DNA of 36,747 bases from the IMG/VR virus record IMGVR_UViG_3300037634_001197, positions 1 to 36,747 of that record; one strand, written 5' to 3'. Shown here one piece after another: positions 15,752 through 26,437 of this stretch. The notes beneath the pieces are model-generated. The model worked only from the letters and a program-made list of their open reading frames with translations. It did not search any database and was not told the origin of the DNA. Positions within the stretch are counted from its first letter, which is position 1, and every line of letters begins with the position of its first letter. The translations under genes were made by a program, and so were the position numbers. This stretch comes from a virus (Duplodnaviria; Caudoviricetes).

Positions 15752-17440
15752 TTATATTGATACTAATGTCAAAAAGTTGTTTAAATTTAATTCTGGGTTT
15801 ATATCAGAAGTTCCAAAAAATCCATTAGTGATTATTAACTTTATTTGAACCTTACTATAAACCGTAACAAATCCTCCAACATAATCGGCAGCAGATATAT
15901 TAACACTATCTGCTGTTGGTGACACAGATATTTCTACGTTATTTAATTCCCATCCACCCAAATCTGATATATTATCCGCATCTGTGAGTATTTCATCTCC
16001 AGCATTATCATATTCTTTAGGAAGAGGTGCGCTTTCATCAGTATAAGCAGAATCCCAATCTACAAAGGTTTTACTAGCATCAAATCTAGGTTGTCTATTA
16101 ATTCCAATTGCTTTGTCATCAGCTACAGTTATAGTCCAAGTATAAGCAGTTGTTTCACCTTCGTAAAGTGTTATTGGATTATTTTCAAGCCAATCACTAA
16201 TACTTGCATTTGTTATTCCACCACCTACCGCATAAGTTCCGTTTTCAACTCCACCTGTAATTTGAGCATCTGTCAATGTGTCCGCTTCCGACTCTAGCGC
16301 AGGTCTATGAACTACATAAGCAACACTGTCTTTTATGAGTTCAAGTGTCATAGTTGTTTCGGCTAAAACATCTTCATCAACTACAACAGGTACCGTCTCC
16401 GTTGTAAAACCTTCTTTATCTGTTGTTTTTACAGGTGCATTAGTAAGTATTCTTGTACTTATAGTGTTAGCCGTAGTGCTTGCTGGTATTTTTACAAAAG
16501 CATTAAACGTACCATATCCAACCCCCGGTGTAGATTTGGGAATTGTACCTGTTAAAAAACTAGTTTCACTTTTAAATCCACCACCTTTAAAGTCGTAAAT
16601 ATTTTTATTAGTATCTTGTACTAACACTTTAAATTTAGTACCAGGAACTCCATTTACAGTTATTTTTTTTATACCACCTTCTAATCCTATTGTTCTACCA
16701 TAATCAACATTATATATTTTATAATCTTCTTCTGTCGTAGCAACAACTTCTTTTCTATTTACCTCGACCTCTTTTGATGTTGCTCTAAACGTTATTACAT
16801 TTGATGGTTCGCTAACTGGATTTTCTTTTGGAAAATTATAAGAAATATTAAATATTTTCTTTATTATATAATTATTATCGTTTGTAAATGTATTAATAGA
16901 AACTTTATATTTACTATTATTACCACTTATATCATATGTTGGCTCTTGTTCAAAATAAAATCCATTAGGAACTAAAAATGTTTTTGATAACACTTGCTGA
17001 AGACCTCCATTGCTTGTTATTTTGTAAGTAATAGAATTACTTGAAGTGTTAGTAGATAGTGTTGTTCCGCTAGAAGATGTAGATTCTAAAACGTTATTAT
17101 CGCGTGTAGTAATACTTGTGATTTCTAATGTGTTGTCTACGCGCTTTAGTCTACCGCTAATTGGTAAATAAATATTTGTAATTTCAGATGTTATTGGTTG
17201 TTCACTAAATACAATCTTTACTAAAACGTTTTTGCCAATGTTGCTATAAGACATACTAGATATTAAATCATGTAACACTCCGTGAGTAAAATCTGTTGCG
17301 TCAATAACATAATTAGGTTTAGGTTGAATAATTAATTCTACACTTTCTTTTACAGGTTTGCCAATAGTAACCGCTATAGATTTGGGTTCTATTATATAGT
17401 TAACAGTTGTAGTATTAGATCTTAATATTAATTTTGCCAT
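15752..17440 (-). CDS. Thr/Ser/Asn-rich beta-structured tail-associated protein
   Basis: 562-aa ORF with Ig/beta-sandwich-like composition, directly downstream of the muzzle gene. Confidence 0.7.
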   Translation of the reverse strand: MAKLILRSNTTTVNYIIEPKSIAVTIGKPVKESVELIIQPKPNYVIDATDFTHGVLHDLISSMSYSNIGKNVLVKIVFSEQPITSEITNIYLPISGRLKRVDNTLEITSITTRDNNVLESTSSSGTTLSTNTSSNSITYKITSNGGLQQVLSKTFLVPNGFYFEQEPTYDISGNNSKYKVSINTFTNDNNYIIKKIFNISYNFPKENPVSEPSNVITFRATSKEVEVNRKEVVATTEEDYKIYNVDYGRTIGLEGGIKKITVNGVPGTKFKVLVQDTNKNIYDFKGGGFKSETSFLTGTIPKSTPGVGYGTFNAFVKIPASTTANTISTRILTNAPVKTTDKEGFTTETVPVVVDEDVLAETTMTLELIKDSVAYVVHRPALESEADTLTDAQITGGVENGTYAVGGGITNASISDWLENNPITLYEGETTAYTWTITVADDKAIGINRQPRFDASKTFVDWDSAYTDESAPLPKEYDNAGDEILTDADNISDLGGWELNNVEISVSPTADSVNISAADYVGGFVTVYSKVQIKLIITNGFFGTSDINPELNLNNFLTLVSI

Positions 17441-17449
17441 TTTATTTAT

Positions 17450-20400
17450 TTAAATTATCCACCCTAATCCTTGTGCTGAAAATTCTTTAGAATCAAATTC
17501 ATCACCAGAATTAGCGTCTTCATCTCCACGAATATAATTATACCATTTATTTTCTTTATCTAAAAACTCTTGTAAAGCTCCTTCTTGCATATCTGTAAAC
17601 AAGTTCTCTACATACCATCCTTCTTTATCCCAATTGTCAATATATTTTTCAAATTGAAAAGCAGTTCCTGTAAGTATAGGTCCATCATGTAGTTCGTATT
17701 CATTAGAGTGCATTCCTGTATTACTTGACACTTTGGCTTGGTCTCCTTCGTAATTTAATGTTTTATAATTTTTAACACTTCCTGGATCATCATTAAATAA
17801 AACTTTTAACATAGAATAATGTGGAGGTATTATATCACTTAAATTACCTTGATAAAATACATTTCTAGGCATAGTAAATGTCAACTCATCATTTGTAGAA
17901 ATAAAAATGTTATTACTAGTTTGGATTCTATTAGTGTTATTATCCACGCTTTCTACAACTGTACCATAAGGTATTCCGTTACCTTCGATATTCATTCCAA
18001 TCAAAATTTCACCAATATTTGAATTTGCAAATGATATTTCATTATCATTATAAACAGGAGAAGTAGCATACTTTCCTTCTGTAATCAAATCTAAATTATG
18101 TTGATATAACTGAGCAATACTGTCAAAAGGTAAATAATAATCAATACCCCAAGTATCTGTAATATTATTAAGAGGTGTATTATTACCTATAGAAAATATT
18201 TTATTATAAGGAGCTGTATAATATACATTTTTATAACTTATACCTCCTTGATGTAAAAATGATTTGAAACTTTCCCATCCTCTTTTTTGCTCTGAATAAC
18301 TTAAAGTATAAGCTTTAGGTGTTTTAGTTTTATTATCAACTGTCTCTAAAGTAATATTATAATGCTTTTTATTATCGTTATAGCTTCCAATAATATTGTT
18401 TGCTTCTTTAAAATTATCTTTAAACCAATCTTTCATGCCATAATCAGATATTGGTGTTAATCCATCTCTTGATAATCTTAATACTGCTCCTCTAGTTTTA
18501 TCAGTAAAATATACTCTATAAGATTCACTAGCAAAAGATTCTGGATTTTTAGATATACCGTATTCACCTACAAAAGGAACTGTTTGACCAAGAACTCTAT
18601 TTGTGGCTGTTAAATTCGTGTTCCCGCCAGCATTGAATAAAGCGTCTTTATTAGCTAATATTTTGAATACTTTATTTTCACAAAACGTAACAAGATCTGT
18701 ATCTCTAGCGAATAGTTTTTGAATAGTACCATTTATTGGATTTATATCTTTTGTTATTGGTTCTGCTTGAATAAATTGATTTAATCTATTTACACCACTT
18801 GTAGAATTATAAATTCCAGAAAATATTAAACTAGAACCACGTCTTTCTTCCATGTATTTTTCTGCTAAAGGCATAGAAGCTTTTACACCTTTATCTATAG
18901 TAACAGCGTTATAATCGTCTTTAATCCTGTTTGATTCTACGCCGTTAGAATATGTGTAGCAATTGAAATAAGGTAAAGTATGTTTTGCACCCCAATGTAA
19001 ATCTCTTTTTAATTTTGCTCTAAAAATATCTATGGATTCTGCTACTGTTACTATAATATATTCTTTATCTTTTTTGCCTCCGTAAAAAGCACCTTCTCCA
19101 TCCCAAGATATTTTTAACATATCACTTGGCGCTAATTCTATCGGAGTACTACCTGCGTATTTTAAAGGTTGATCAAAATAAATGGTTTCTCCTTGTATAG
19201 CTACTAATACTGCTACTCCACTCCCTGTTGGATACGCCTCTATGATTGCTCCGACGGGTATTATCTCTTCTCCTCTCCATCCGTAATCATGTAAGTAAGA
19301 TTGGGTTTCTAAAGTAGTGTTTGGATCCCAATGATAATCTATTGAATCTGGTGTAAGTCTATCACTTCTCCATCTTCTTAGATTAATAGGGTATGTAGGA
19401 CTAGCAGCATAATAAATATCTAACCCAACATCTTCCATTGGTTCTGTTTCCCATATGGCTGGATTATTACTAAAAGTATCCTCAACATCCTCTCCCCTAT
19501 ATGGCGTTACTATTTCTATATAAGTACCGTTTAATCCTGCTTCGTGTAGTCCAAAGTGTTGACCAGTTCCTAAGTTAGTCGCTAATTTACTTTGATTAGT
19601 TGTTGGAGCTGTAACACTTTCATAGTTCCAATAACTACTTAAATTGTAAAAAGCAACAGGTTCTACCGTACCACCATCTTTTTCAGCTGGATGATAACCA
19701 CCTTTCCAATGAGAAGGTGCTGCTTGAGTTCCGTTTCCAGACCAATAAACTTTTGGCCCCATTTCTATATTACAATCACCATTACCATCAACATGTTTTG
19801 TTAATGGGTGAAATCCACTATTACCATTAACAACATCTCCTATAATTTTATCTAAAGTTAAGGTTATTCTTAACCTATAATTATATAGAGACCCACCAGT
19901 TAAAACCTCGTGTACTTTTGCATAATCTGTAAAAATATCAGATATAAAAGCTTGTTTACCAGCTACGCCTCCGTGTCCTCCTAAATATGTTGGGCCAAAA
20001 GGTGGTAATAAACCCTCACCTATTCCTGCTCCACCCACCGTAGTACCATCTTTTTCCCAGCCCCAAGTACCTCTAGGTGCTTCATAATTATATATTAACT
20101 CTGGTTCTGATGCTGACGTAATAGTATATATTACTTCGTCTGGATCAGATCTAAATCTAAATTGAGTACCTACAGTTGCTAAAGCTTCAGCAAAAGGAAT
20201 TTCATTTTCTTGATGGGTTATCATTTCGTGACTTCTATGTCTATGATCTTTTTGGCCTATTCCGTAAAAAGAAATATGCATTTTTGTAACACCATCTTCC
20301 TCCCATATACCATTACCTGAATATCCTTTAGCGGCTCCAACTTTATCAAAGAACCAACGCTCTGTAGAGGCGTGTCCCGGAGGCCAAGTGCTAGATACTA

Positions 20401-23400
20401 AATTTCGGCCGTAATATAGCATTCTCCAATTATGTCTTAACTTTTGTATAGTGTCTTTACTCCATTCAGATGCATTTTGATCATCAGTAATAGCAAGACC
20501 TGCTGATGGATTTCCTATATATGTATCCCAATTGCTGCTTCTGTTGTTATAAAGATCTCTTTGATCACCCCATATAGCAGGAATTTGATATGGATTAGCT
20601 GGCGGAATTTCTTTCATACAAGCAGCGTTAGGAACACCTCCATGATTTATAATAAGTAATCCCGCGTTCCAATTAGCTCCATGTTGTATATGCGGTCCAC
20701 CAGAAGGACCACCAAAACTCGTAGTCCCTCCCGTATCCCAAGTTGTGCCAGGTACCCAACTTGTATCTATTGTTGTATTTGGTGCCCAGTGATCAGGCGC
20801 AAATGATGGCCAACCGTAATTGTTTTGGGCTACTACAGGCCATTTAGGAACTATATTTCCATCACCATAAGCGTATCCTTGATATGTACTGGCGTACGTT
20901 GGAAATATTGAATTAGAACTATATACGCTACTAGCATGCCAGCTTGGTCCAGTAGGCCAGTTATATGGATCTGTGGGATAGGATTGAGCACTTTGATCTG
21001 ATATCGAACCACCATTACCATGTATTGGGAAAATACCTGTAAACGTTGCATTGCCTACAGTAGAACTAAAACTACTTACTTCATGTTTTCTATGGCCAAA
21101 TGGAAATTCGTATCCTCCGTGGTGATCTTTCCAAAAAGGATGAGTACCTGTTTGAGCAATTTGGGGATCTGCAAAAGGAGGACCAGCATTATTATCTTCT
21201 GCGGGATCAAACGCCGGAGGTAAATAATTATAATTTACATTAAGAGAATCTAAATATGTATCAGCACAATCTATACACCCTTGATACCAACGACCTTTAG
21301 TTGCTTGCGCATCACCAACCGTTCCACTTTTATCTGTTCTCCAATCTTGTACACCGGGATGTGCAAAACATAAATACTTAATTTCTTTAGCCATCAAAAC
21401 TTGGTATTTTTCTGAAGTCTTGGCTTGTGGTTCTATTATATTCGTTGTTGCAACGGAATCTCTATGTATTTTTACAAAAAATCTTCCTTCAAAACGCGCG
21501 TTGTCCCGTCTTGTTTTTGTTCTAGCTTCTAAAGATAATCCTCTAGCTAAAGACAAATCATCTTTTGGTTCACAAAACGCCATGTCTTGTCCCATTAATT
21601 TTTCTAATGATATTCTAACTAATTGTTCTGCTTGACCTGGTACTTCTATTTCCTGTTCCACGTCTACTCCATTAACCTCAGTAGTTTCTGTATATGTTTC
21701 CGCAGGAGCGCCAATATAATTAACATTAGCAACTCCATACCAATTTGATTTATTAATAGAACTACTACTCCAAGCATTATAAGAGGAAGGAGTAGATTCG
21801 CTTTGTACCATTCTAACCTCAGCGTTATCTTTTGAAGTTAATCCAGCTAATATAGATTGATCAAAATATTCAGCATAAATATCTAAATATAATCTATCTG
21901 GTAATGGTAATCCTGTTGAGTGAAACATACCAGAATCCCATCCGCCAACTCTATCTCCCACGCCCCACCCAGGTGGAGGTAACATCATAGGTATTACACC
22001 CCAATATTGTGTTTCTTCTTTTATAAATAATGGTGCGTTGTTTTTTATATCTAAAATTTTATACTTAGCATCAAAGTCTACAGGTTTGTCATTTCCATGT
22101 TGCTTTTTTAATATTATTGTTCCACCTTCTTTTACTTTATTTCTTTCAGAAGAAGGAAAAGACAACCATATTCCACCGTCTTCCGCGTCATACCATCTAT
22201 CCATAGATAAATTATAATATTCGTTAGACGTTTCTTTTATATAAAAAGTATAAGATTCAGCCCAATCAGGTGATGGTGATTGCATCTCAACTGCAAGTCT
22301 GCTCGAAAGTTTAGCAGAAGACTTCTCTATTTTTATTGATCCACTTTTATTAGTTAATACAGGTGTCTCTCTACCATATCTATCTCTGTAAACAATACCT
22401 AATTGATATGTACGCATTGACTTAAGAGACTTCATAGGATACTTAGGTTGATTGGTAAATCCACCTCGTGAAGTAGTTAAAGCGCTCGCTACGTAAGTTG
22501 CTGCGTCTGTAGAATGATCTACTTCGTTTACAGAAACTAAAAAAGCAGGTTCTATATAATCATCTTTATCGTCAAATAAATTATAATTTTGTAAATAATT
22601 AGCATAAATTAATCTATTAGCTGTTATCTCTTGTCCTAACGCTACTCTAGGTACATTGTCCCAAGGACGTAACATTTGATTAGATGGTACAACCTTATGT
22701 ATCAATTCAGTAGTAATTGTATAATTTCCTAAATGTGTACCTGTTCCGGGTTTATTCTGAGCAAGTCCTATATCTGGATTTTTTCCAATTTCAAATGTTT
22801 CTACAGTATAAACGTTAGGTGAATTAGATTCTTTGTATAATAAATCTATTTCAACTACATCTCTAGGAATATTTTTAGGTCTCCAGTTTAATATTTTTAA
22901 TGATCTTAAATTGTTTATCATTCCAAGATTATATCCTTTTTTAGGTAAATAATCAAATTTACCTGGAATAAAAGCTATTTCAGACCAAGGGCTAAATACA
23001 GAGTATTCTCCATCTTCATATCTATATCGATAAGCAAATCTAGGAAATTTAAATTCAAATATAGGATCTTTTTTAATTACAGATAGATTATATATTTGAT
23101 TTCCGTTTAGAGTTAGTGGAAAATTAAAAGGTGTAGATGTTAATGTTATAACTGCACCACTTGCTATCCAACCGGAGCCTTGTTGTGATGGGTGAGTTGC
23201 TACTATTTTTACGTAACCTCGAACAGAAGCTGTTTGTGTAACACCCAGACTATTTGTGTAATTATGTTTTATAACAACTTTATAACCTTCCTCTAAATCT
23301 ATAGAACGAGGTCCTCCAGTAAAATCAATGTGTATAAATATATCATCATCAACCATCTTTAGTTCTTTGTTTGAATTATAAAAACAAGACAATGCATTCC

Positions 23401-23755
23401 CTCCACCAATAGGAGTATTTTGAACAACAGAATTATTACCACTGTTATATCTAAACTGCATGTTTGAACTATAAAGATCTTCGCTCAGCACTATGTTTCC
23501 TGATACATTTGTATCTATGATTTCCTCATTATCTATATCCCACGAGTGCATTTCAAGACTAGGTGGCATTGTTGGACCACGTCTTATAACCGTTATATGC
23601 TGTTCTCTTACATATACTGGAGTACATGATTTATCAAATAAATCATTATAACTTGGTGGTACGATTGTATTGACAGTGGTGTTACTAGGTGTTACACTCG
23701 CTCCTCTAGTTGGATTTACTAAAGTACTATTATTTATATTTCCTGGTCCTGGCAT
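17450..23755 (-). CDS. Tail stabilization/muzzle protein (crAss-like, P22 gp10-like), C-terminal part
   Basis: 2101 aa. Recognisable blocks: EQHITVIRRGP, FPRFAYRYRYEDGEYSVFSPWS, RPWDNVPRVALGQEITANRLIYANY, KSLKSMRTYQLGIVYRDRYGRETPV, NGVESNRIKDDYN, FSGIYNSTSGVNRLNQF, EYGISKNPESFA, RGAVLRLSRDGLTPIS, FLDKENKWYNYI. Confidence 0.75.
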   Translation of the reverse strand: MPGPGNINNSTLVNPTRGASVTPSNTTVNTIVPPSYNDLFDKSCTPVYVREQHITVIRRGPTMPPSLEMHSWDIDNEEIIDTNVSGNIVLSEDLYSSNMQFRYNSGNNSVVQNTPIGGGNALSCFYNSNKELKMVDDDIFIHIDFTGGPRSIDLEEGYKVVIKHNYTNSLGVTQTASVRGYVKIVATHPSQQGSGWIASGAVITLTSTPFNFPLTLNGNQIYNLSVIKKDPIFEFKFPRFAYRYRYEDGEYSVFSPWSEIAFIPGKFDYLPKKGYNLGMINNLRSLKILNWRPKNIPRDVVEIDLLYKESNSPNVYTVETFEIGKNPDIGLAQNKPGTGTHLGNYTITTELIHKVVPSNQMLRPWDNVPRVALGQEITANRLIYANYLQNYNLFDDKDDYIEPAFLVSVNEVDHSTDAATYVASALTTSRGGFTNQPKYPMKSLKSMRTYQLGIVYRDRYGRETPVLTNKSGSIKIEKSSAKLSSRLAVEMQSPSPDWAESYTFYIKETSNEYYNLSMDRWYDAEDGGIWLSFPSSERNKVKEGGTIILKKQHGNDKPVDFDAKYKILDIKNNAPLFIKEETQYWGVIPMMLPPPGWGVGDRVGGWDSGMFHSTGLPLPDRLYLDIYAEYFDQSILAGLTSKDNAEVRMVQSESTPSSYNAWSSSSINKSNWYGVANVNYIGAPAETYTETTEVNGVDVEQEIEVPGQAEQLVRISLEKLMGQDMAFCEPKDDLSLARGLSLEARTKTRRDNARFEGRFFVKIHRDSVATTNIIEPQAKTSEKYQVLMAKEIKYLCFAHPGVQDWRTDKSGTVGDAQATKGRWYQGCIDCADTYLDSLNVNYNYLPPAFDPAEDNNAGPPFADPQIAQTGTHPFWKDHHGGYEFPFGHRKHEVSSFSSTVGNATFTGIFPIHGNGGSISDQSAQSYPTDPYNWPTGPSWHASSVYSSNSIFPTYASTYQGYAYGDGNIVPKWPVVAQNNYGWPSFAPDHWAPNTTIDTSWVPGTTWDTGGTTSFGGPSGGPHIQHGANWNAGLLIINHGGVPNAACMKEIPPANPYQIPAIWGDQRDLYNNRSSNWDTYIGNPSAGLAITDDQNASEWSKDTIQKLRHNWRMLYYGRNLVSSTWPPGHASTERWFFDKVGAAKGYSGNGIWEEDGVTKMHISFYGIGQKDHRHRSHEMITHQENEIPFAEALATVGTQFRFRSDPDEVIYTITSASEPELIYNYEAPRGTWGWEKDGTTVGGAGIGEGLLPPFGPTYLGGHGGVAGKQAFISDIFTDYAKVHEVLTGGSLYNYRLRITLTLDKIIGDVVNGNSGFHPLTKHVDGNGDCNIEMGPKVYWSGNGTQAAPSHWKGGYHPAEKDGGTVEPVAFYNLSSYWNYESVTAPTTNQSKLATNLGTGQHFGLHEAGLNGTYIEIVTPYRGEDVEDTFSNNPAIWETEPMEDVGLDIYYAASPTYPINLRRWRSDRLTPDSIDYHWDPNTTLETQSYLHDYGWRGEEIIPVGAIIEAYPTGSGVAVLVAIQGETIYFDQPLKYAGSTPIELAPSDMLKISWDGEGAFYGGKKDKEYIIVTVAESIDIFRAKLKRDLHWGAKHTLPYFNCYTYSNGVESNRIKDDYNAVTIDKGVKASMPLAEKYMEERRGSSLIFSGIYNSTSGVNRLNQFIQAEPITKDINPINGTIQKLFARDTDLVTFCENKVFKILANKDALFNAGGNTNLTATNRVLGQTVPFVGEYGISKNPESFASESYRVYFTDKTRGAVLRLSRDGLTPISDYGMKDWFKDNFKEANNIIGSYNDNKKHYNITLETVDNKTKTPKAYTLSYSEQKRGWESFKSFLHQGGISYKNVYYTAPYNKIFSIGNNTPLNNITDTWGIDYYLPFDSIAQLYQHNLDLITEGKYATSPVYNDNEISFANSNIGEILIGMNIEGNGIPYGTVVESVDNNTNRIQTSNNIFISTNDELTFTMPRNVFYQGNLSDIIPPHYSMLKVLFNDDPGSVKNYKTLNYEGDQAKVSSNTGMHSNEYELHDGPILTGTAFQFEKYIDNWDKEGWYVENLFTDMQEGALQEFLDKENKWYNYIRGDEDANSGDEFDSKEFSAQGLGWII

Positions 23756-23758
23756 ATT

Positions 23759-26434
23759 CTAATTTGTTGTTTGATTTTCACCTCCACTAGTAGAGTTCTC
23801 TTCTCCTTCGTCAGCAATATTCATTAATTCCCCTGTTTGCGGACCCCCTAATTCGTGAACCATCATATGTAATGCATCTAAAGATATTGCATTTACCTGC
23901 ATAAACTCCGCTAAACTACCCGGTGTTGCTCCAGGAGGTGGTGGAGGTGGAGGTGGTGGTCCTGGTGGGGGTGTAGTAGTAGTAGTAGTAACTAAAGGAT
24001 TTACTACTAATGGACCTGCTGGAAGTGCTAACGGGGCGTTTGCTTGACTACAACAAGTGTTATAGTTCATGTTATCATGTTGACAATCGTATTCAGATGT
24101 ATAAATACCATTCAAAGGATCTTTTTCACACGCACAAGCAGTCCAACTTGTGCAAATACAACTAGTGGGTTGTATTTCTACATCAAAAGTAAATGGAGCT
24201 TCTTGTTTAGAAAAAATAAATTCCTGCGTCATGTTATTGTAAACAGTGAAAACTTGTGGTTGAAACCAATCAGATTGTAGTACCCTTAATATATCTTCCC
24301 AAGCCCAACTCTCATCAATTTTTGGTGGTGGCCAACCTTTAATAATAACATTAGTATTCTGTGACGTTCCATATGCATTATACATATCATAGCTGTTTGT
24401 AAGTGTAATATTATCAGGTGGTGTTCCACCTAGATTTACACCCCATTCATATCCAGACGATTTATCTAATCTTAACATTACAGCTCCTTCTACTATTTCC
24501 CAACTACCATTTGAATTGCTTTCATCCGCTAATACTGCTACTTGAACTTTTTTAGTTATTGCACCAGATGTTAGAGGTAATTCATAATCACCAAACCCAC
24601 GTGTTTGAAGTATTTCTAAGAAACTTGGACTTGATGTGTTCCAAGGAGAACCATATTGACTTGTGTGAGTTCCGCCATAACTCCAATTACACCCAGTCCA
24701 AGGAAGAGATATACCATCGTAAAAATATTCTAAAAATTTATCTTCAGGTCCGCCACCAATACAACTACCTAAATGTAAAGTTTCATCAAATAATTTTAAA
24801 AGATTATTTGCTGTTCCACTAGTAGCAGGAGATGTTGGTAAGAAATTTCCAATTGTAAGTTTATTTAATCTAATTTTTTTATCCCATGTACCACTAACGC
24901 CTGGATAAATACAGTCACCTTGTGTGCCGTAATAATTAGCATTACCCAGGGTACTAGAATATACGTACGAAGGGATTGATTGATTCCACCAGAACGAAGA
25001 AGCGTAATATCCTGCACTTGCTGGAGTTGATATAATTCCATCGACAAGAGCTTCAAACGCTTTGTGTGGAGCTGAAGTATAACTGGATAATGGTAAAAAG
25101 GTTAATTCATATAAAGAGTTTGAACAACCTTCATTTCCATAACCCGCCCCTGAACAACTCCATAAGAAGTTACAATTACCATCATCACAAGTAGCTAATG
25201 GATTATAGTTAGTTGCGAGTGGATCCATACATCCTGAAATACCAGTACAAGATCCATCTGGCCAACACGCATTAGGATCATAATTACAAGCAGTAGGATC
25301 CATACATCCTTCTACATAACAACAACATCCATCATCAACATTTGCTACGACTTGGGTTCCACTACAATCATGATTGTAATTTTTAGCATTTGGATCTGTA
25401 CAACCATAAACTACTGCTATACACGAACCATCATCTACAGTAGCTGTAGGGTTGTAATTTGGTGCAATTGGGTCTGTACACCCAGGAATAGGACACTCTT
25501 TTTCAAACTTTATGCATTCAATAACCTCTTCTCCTAAACCTGTAACCTCATTTACATTTACAATTAGTCTTGTATGTTGATCGAAATGTTGGTATTTATA
25601 CGTGGCAAAACCAGGTTGAGCTGGATTAATAAAATATTGACACCCTAATTTACTTCTTTTTATATTTATTTTTTTTGGTTCGGAATAATTATCTGTCCAG
25701 AAAATCATTCCATCCATAATATTTATACCTGTTATTTTTCTATCAGGATGAAAGTTTAATACTCTATCCGCAACAAAATACATGTCTTCTCCATCACATT
25801 CGTCATACAAATTATCAGGAAATTTTTTACTCATTCTTAAATTAGCAAAAGGTTTACCAGTACTTGGATTAGTGCTATAAGTAATTTCTTGAATAATTAC
25901 GTCTTCCCGAATATTTCCTTGAGCATCAGGAATAACTATTGCCATAAAAGGTCTTAATTGAGCAAAATTTTCATAAACACTAACCCACCATTGCCCACAT
26001 TCGCTCTCCCAATAACCACTACATTTAGTTCGGACTTTATATATATCAATTAATACAGGCGCTTCTTTTTCATCCCAATTGTCTTTAAGTGATTTTGTAG
26101 TATCGTATTCTATTATCCTATCCATCCAAACACCAGCGCTATTACACTCAGTGTTAATAAATCTATAAAGCATACCTGTTTCTTGATCAACAACAAACGC
26201 TATATGCCTATTTCCACCTAATCCACTTATATCGTAATACTTACCTTCAGGACCACCTATAGCTTCTGATAACTGTATATTACCTAATATGTTTTCAGCG
26301 GCGCCTACGTCTGATCCTTCAGATGTAGCTATCTCTATGTTTAAAGCTTCCCTATATAAACCGTTAGAGACCATTCTTTCATCAAGATCTTTCTCCATTC
26401 TTCCACCGGTAAAAGTGCGTTTGAACTCTGGCAT
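23759..26434 (-). CDS. Tail stabilization/muzzle protein, N-terminal part, with Cys-rich repeat and Pro/Thr-rich extension
   Basis: 891 aa. N-terminus MPEFKRTFTGGRMEKDLDERMVSNGLYREALNI..SEGSDVGA.ENILGN and ITGINIMDGMIFWTDNYSEPKKINI are typical of the start of this family. Confidence 0.75.
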   Translation of the reverse strand: MPEFKRTFTGGRMEKDLDERMVSNGLYREALNIEIATSEGSDVGAAENILGNIQLSEAIGGPEGKYYDISGLGGNRHIAFVVDQETGMLYRFINTECNSAGVWMDRIIEYDTTKSLKDNWDEKEAPVLIDIYKVRTKCSGYWESECGQWWVSVYENFAQLRPFMAIVIPDAQGNIREDVIIQEITYSTNPSTGKPFANLRMSKKFPDNLYDECDGEDMYFVADRVLNFHPDRKITGINIMDGMIFWTDNYSEPKKINIKRSKLGCQYFINPAQPGFATYKYQHFDQHTRLIVNVNEVTGLGEEVIECIKFEKECPIPGCTDPIAPNYNPTATVDDGSCIAVVYGCTDPNAKNYNHDCSGTQVVANVDDGCCCYVEGCMDPTACNYDPNACWPDGSCTGISGCMDPLATNYNPLATCDDGNCNFLWSCSGAGYGNEGCSNSLYELTFLPLSSYTSAPHKAFEALVDGIISTPASAGYYASSFWWNQSIPSYVYSSTLGNANYYGTQGDCIYPGVSGTWDKKIRLNKLTIGNFLPTSPATSGTANNLLKLFDETLHLGSCIGGGPEDKFLEYFYDGISLPWTGCNWSYGGTHTSQYGSPWNTSSPSFLEILQTRGFGDYELPLTSGAITKKVQVAVLADESNSNGSWEIVEGAVMLRLDKSSGYEWGVNLGGTPPDNITLTNSYDMYNAYGTSQNTNVIIKGWPPPKIDESWAWEDILRVLQSDWFQPQVFTVYNNMTQEFIFSKQEAPFTFDVEIQPTSCICTSWTACACEKDPLNGIYTSEYDCQHDNMNYNTCCSQANAPLALPAGPLVVNPLVTTTTTTPPPGPPPPPPPPPGATPGSLAEFMQVNAISLDALHMMVHELGGPQTGELMNIADEGEENSTSGGENQTTN
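23931..23992 (-). repeat. Low-complexity poly-Thr/poly-Pro linker
   Basis: Plus-strand (gtg/gga)n and (gta)n runs encode VTTTTTTPPPGPPPPPPPPPG. Confidence 0.85.
25170..25490 (-). repeat. Four Cys-rich GC[TM]DPxAxNY...DDGxC repeats
   Basis: GCTDPIAPNYNPTATVDDGSC; GCTDPNAKNYNHDCSGTQVVANVDDGCC; GCMDPTACNYDPNACWPDGSC; GCMDPLATNYNPLATCDDGNC. Confidence 0.9.
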
Positions 26435-26437
26435 ATC

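Noticed and set aside
23820-23850. HMMVHELGG near the end of the 891-aa ORF as a metalloprotease motif
   Set aside because: HELGG lacks the second His of HExxH and lies in a short low-complexity tail.
25170-25490. Repeats as a CRISPR array or DGR template/variable repeat
   Set aside because: They are degenerate at the DNA level and conserved at the protein level. There are no identical repeats with spacers, no adenine-specific mismatch pattern and no reverse transcriptase in the window.
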